Shown in pieces: positions 61,401 to 64,000 of a stretch of DNA of 64,000 bases. The translations under genes and the position numbers were made by a program. Under the pieces are notes generated by a model. That model saw nothing but the letters and a program-made list of their open reading frames with translations, did not search any database and had not been told where the DNA came from. Numbering within the stretch: the stretch's first letter is position 1; each line of letters begins with the position of its first letter. Origin of the DNA: the human T2T-CHM13v2.0 reference genome, Homo sapiens; assembly GCF_009914755.1 (NCBI RefSeq), contig NC_060937.1, one strand, 5' to 3'.

Positions 61401-64000
61401 TTTCAAAGCACCCAAAGCATGTATTATATACTGTACATAAAATATGAAAGTACATCAAATATATATTTTATTCTGTACATAAAATATCAAAGTACACCAG
61501 ATATATATTCTATAGTGTACATAAAATAACAAAGTAAACAAACTATAAATTATATACTGTACATAAATTATGAAATTACATCAAATATATATTAGGTACA
61601 TAAAATATGAAAGTACATCAAATATAGATTATATACTGTACATAAAATATCAATGTACCCCAAATATATATTTTATACTCTACATGAAATATCAAAGTTC
61701 ACAAACCATATATTATATACTGTACATAAAATATCAAAGTACCCAAGGTATATATTCTATACTGTACAAAAAATATCAAAGTACCCAAAGCATGTATTAT
61801 ATACTGTACATAAAATATGAAAGTACATCAAATATATATTTCATTCTGTACATAAAATATCAAAGTACACCAGATATATATTCTATAGTGTACATAAAAT
61901 ATCAAAGTACCCAAACTATACATTATATACTGTACATAAAATATGAAATTACATCAAATACATATTATATTAGGTACATAAAATATGAAAGCACATCAAA
62001 TATAGATTATATACTGTACATTAAATACCAAAGTACCCCAAATATATATTTTATAAGGTACATCAAATATCAAAGTTTACAAACTATATATTATATACTG
62101 TACATAAAATATCAAAGTACCCAAGGTATATATTCTATACTGTACAAAAAATATCAAAGTACCCAAAGCATGTATTATATACTGTACATAAAATATGAAA
62201 GTACATCAAATATATATTTTATTCTGTACATAAAACATCAAAGTACACCAGATATATATTCTATAGTGTACATAAAATATAAAAGTACCCAAACTATACA
62301 TTATATACTGTACATAAAATATGAAATTATATCAAATATATATTATATTAGGTACATAATATATGAAAGTACAACAAATATAGATTATATACTGTACATA
62401 AAATATCAAAGTACCCCAAACATATATTATATACTCTACATGAAATATCAAAGTTCACAAACTATATATTTTATACTGTACATAAAATATCAAAGTACCC
62501 AAGGTATATATTCTATACTGTAGAAAAAATATCAAAGTACCCAAAGCATGTATTATATACTGTACATAAAATATGAAAGTACATCAAATATATATTAGGT
62601 ACATAAAATATGAAAGTACATCAAATATAGATTATATACTGTACATATAATATCAATGTACCCCAAATATATATTTTATACTCTACATGAAATATCAAAG
62701 TTCACAAACCATACATTATATACTTTACATAAAATATCAAATTACCCAAGGTATATATTCTATACTGTACAAAAAATATCAAAGTACCCAAAGCATGTAT
62801 TATATACTGTACATAAAATATGAAAGTACATCAAATATATATTTTATTCTGTACATAAAATATCAAAGTACACCAGATATATATTCTATAGTGTACATAA
62901 ACTATCAAAGTACCCAAACTATACATTATATACTGTACATAAAATATGAAATTACATCAAATATATATTAGGTACATAAAATATGAAAGTACATCAAATA
63001 TAAATTATATACTGTACATAAAATATCAAAGTACCCCAAATATATATTATATACTCTACATGAAATATCAAAGTTCACAAACTATATATTATATACTGTA
63101 CATAAAATATCAAAGTACCCAAGGTATATATTCTATACTGTACAAAAAATATCAAAGTACCCAAAGCATGTATTATATACTGTACATAAAATATGAAAAT
63201 ACATCAAATATATATTTTATTCTGTACATAAAATATCAAAGTACACCAGATATATATTCTATAGTGTACATAAAATAACAAAGTACACAAACTATAAATT
63301 ATATACTGTACATAAAATATGAAATTACATCAAATATATATTAGGTACATAAAATATGAAAGTACATCAAATATAGATTATATACTGTACATAAAATGTC
63401 AATGTACCCCAAATATATATTTTATACTCTACATGAAATATCAAAGTTCACAAACCATATATTGTATACTGTACATAAAATATCAAAGTACCCAAGGTAT
63501 GTATTCTATACTGCACAAAAAATATCAATGTACCCAAAGCATGTATTATATACTGTACATAAAATATGAAATTACATCAAATATATATTTTATTCTGTAC
63601 ATAAAATATCAAAGTACACCAGATATATATTCTACAGTGTACATAAAATATCAAAGTACCCAAACTATACATTATATACTGTACATAAAATATGAAATTA
63701 CATCAAATATATATTAGGTACATAAAATATGAAAGTACATCAAATATAGATTATATACTGTACATAAAATATCAAAGTACCCCAAATATATATTATATAC
63801 TCTACATGAAATATCAAAGTTCACAAACTATATATTATATACTGTACATAAAATATCAAAATACCCAAGGTATATATTCTATACTGTACAAAAAATATCA
63901 AAGTACCCAAAGCATGTATTATATACTGTACATAAAATATGAAAGTACATCAAATATATATTTTATTCTGTACATAAAATATCAAAGTACACCAGATATA
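55450..64000 (+). repeat. Distinct HSat1A subtype: fixed CCAGAT in monomer 2, frequent 5-bp-deleted (373-bp) HORs
   Basis: From 55741 onward monomer 2 reads GTACACCAGATA instead of GTACACCAAATA. Recurrent AAATAACAAAGTACACAAACTATAAATT and ACTCTACATG. About 14 copies of the 5-bp deletion in monomer 4. Confidence 0.85.

Larger units (their letters stand above)
1..64000 (+). repeat. Human satellite 1A (HSat1A / SAR / classical satellite I) array: 42-bp monomer in a 378-bp 9-mer higher-order repeat
   Basis: Continuous 42-bp periodicity (14-aa period in the ORF track). Two GTAC sites per monomer spaced 17 and 25 bp, matching the classical RsaI subunits of satellite I. Nine distinguishable monomers recur in fixed order; translated tags are 1 ESTSNIYF, 2 QSTPNIYS, 3 QSTQTIH, 4 EITSN..IR, 5 ESTSNID, 6 QSTPN..LYM, 7 QSSQT, 8 QSTQG..LYK, 9 QSTQSM. 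Equivalent positions 34 and 412 are 378 bp apart. The consensus monomer is about 21% GC, A-rich and G-poor on +. Family name is from recognition of the consensus; the chromosome cannot be assigned from the sequence alone. Confidence 0.95.

Noticed and set aside
1-64000. CRISPR-like array (regular repeat with variable intervening sequence)
   Set aside because: There are no unique spacers: the variable parts cycle through nine related monomers, and there are no cas genes or leader.
1-64000. Inversions or embedded Alu/L1/other insertions
   Set aside because: I saw no strand switch, GC-rich segment or poly(A) tail; all monomers read in the same orientation. The absence of Alu-derived sequence also argues against HSat1B/DYZ2.
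1-64000. Alpha satellite, CENP-B boxes or telomeric repeats (TTAGG in monomer 4)
   Set aside because: There is no 171-bp period or CENP-B box motif. TTAGG occurs once per HOR and is never tandem.
1-64000. TATA-box promoters, terminators or cruciforms from TATATA and TGTACA palindromes
   Set aside because: These are expected from base composition and repetition. The palindromes are short and have no supporting context.
1-64000. Assignment to a specific chromosome
   Set aside because: HSat1A occurs on several human chromosomes (3, 4 and the acrocentrics). Without flanking sequence or a k-mer search the locus cannot be determined.

Overview
The whole 64 kb window is one uninterrupted, single-orientation, very AT-rich tandem satellite array. 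I saw no genes, RNA genes, transposon insertions or unique sequence. It matches human (hominid) classical Satellite 1A (HSat1A; 'SAR' in Repbase). The monomer is 42 bp (consensus approx. ACATAAAATATCAAAGTACCCAAACTATATATTATATACTGT), with two GTAC/RsaI sites that give the classical 17+25 bp subunits. Monomers form a 378-bp 9-mer higher-order repeat (HOR); by length that is about 1,500 monomers or about 170 HORs. All ORFs in the track (up to 1340 aa) are artefacts of a repeat whose length is a multiple of 3. The informative signal is the array's internal architecture. (i) 1-36.2 kb is rich in a 377-bp deletion variant and built from nested multi-kb duplications (offsets 1130, 3306, 4533, 4606, 7169, 7532, 7912, 10191, 13266, 33426 bp). 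(ii) 36.85-43 kb is an indel-free 756-bp two-HOR repeat containing a 2268-bp duplication. (iii) 43-55.4 kb is a more diverged layer. (iv) 55.45-64 kb is a distinct subtype with a fixed CCAGAT variant and frequent 373-bp units. Rearranged HORs show that the 9-mer has hidden 4-mer and 3/6-mer registers. The most speculative functional lead is that the + strand carries a perfect Pumilio response element (UGUANAUA) in most monomers. Offsets were derived by hand from the ORF track and marker variants, so block boundaries are approximate.
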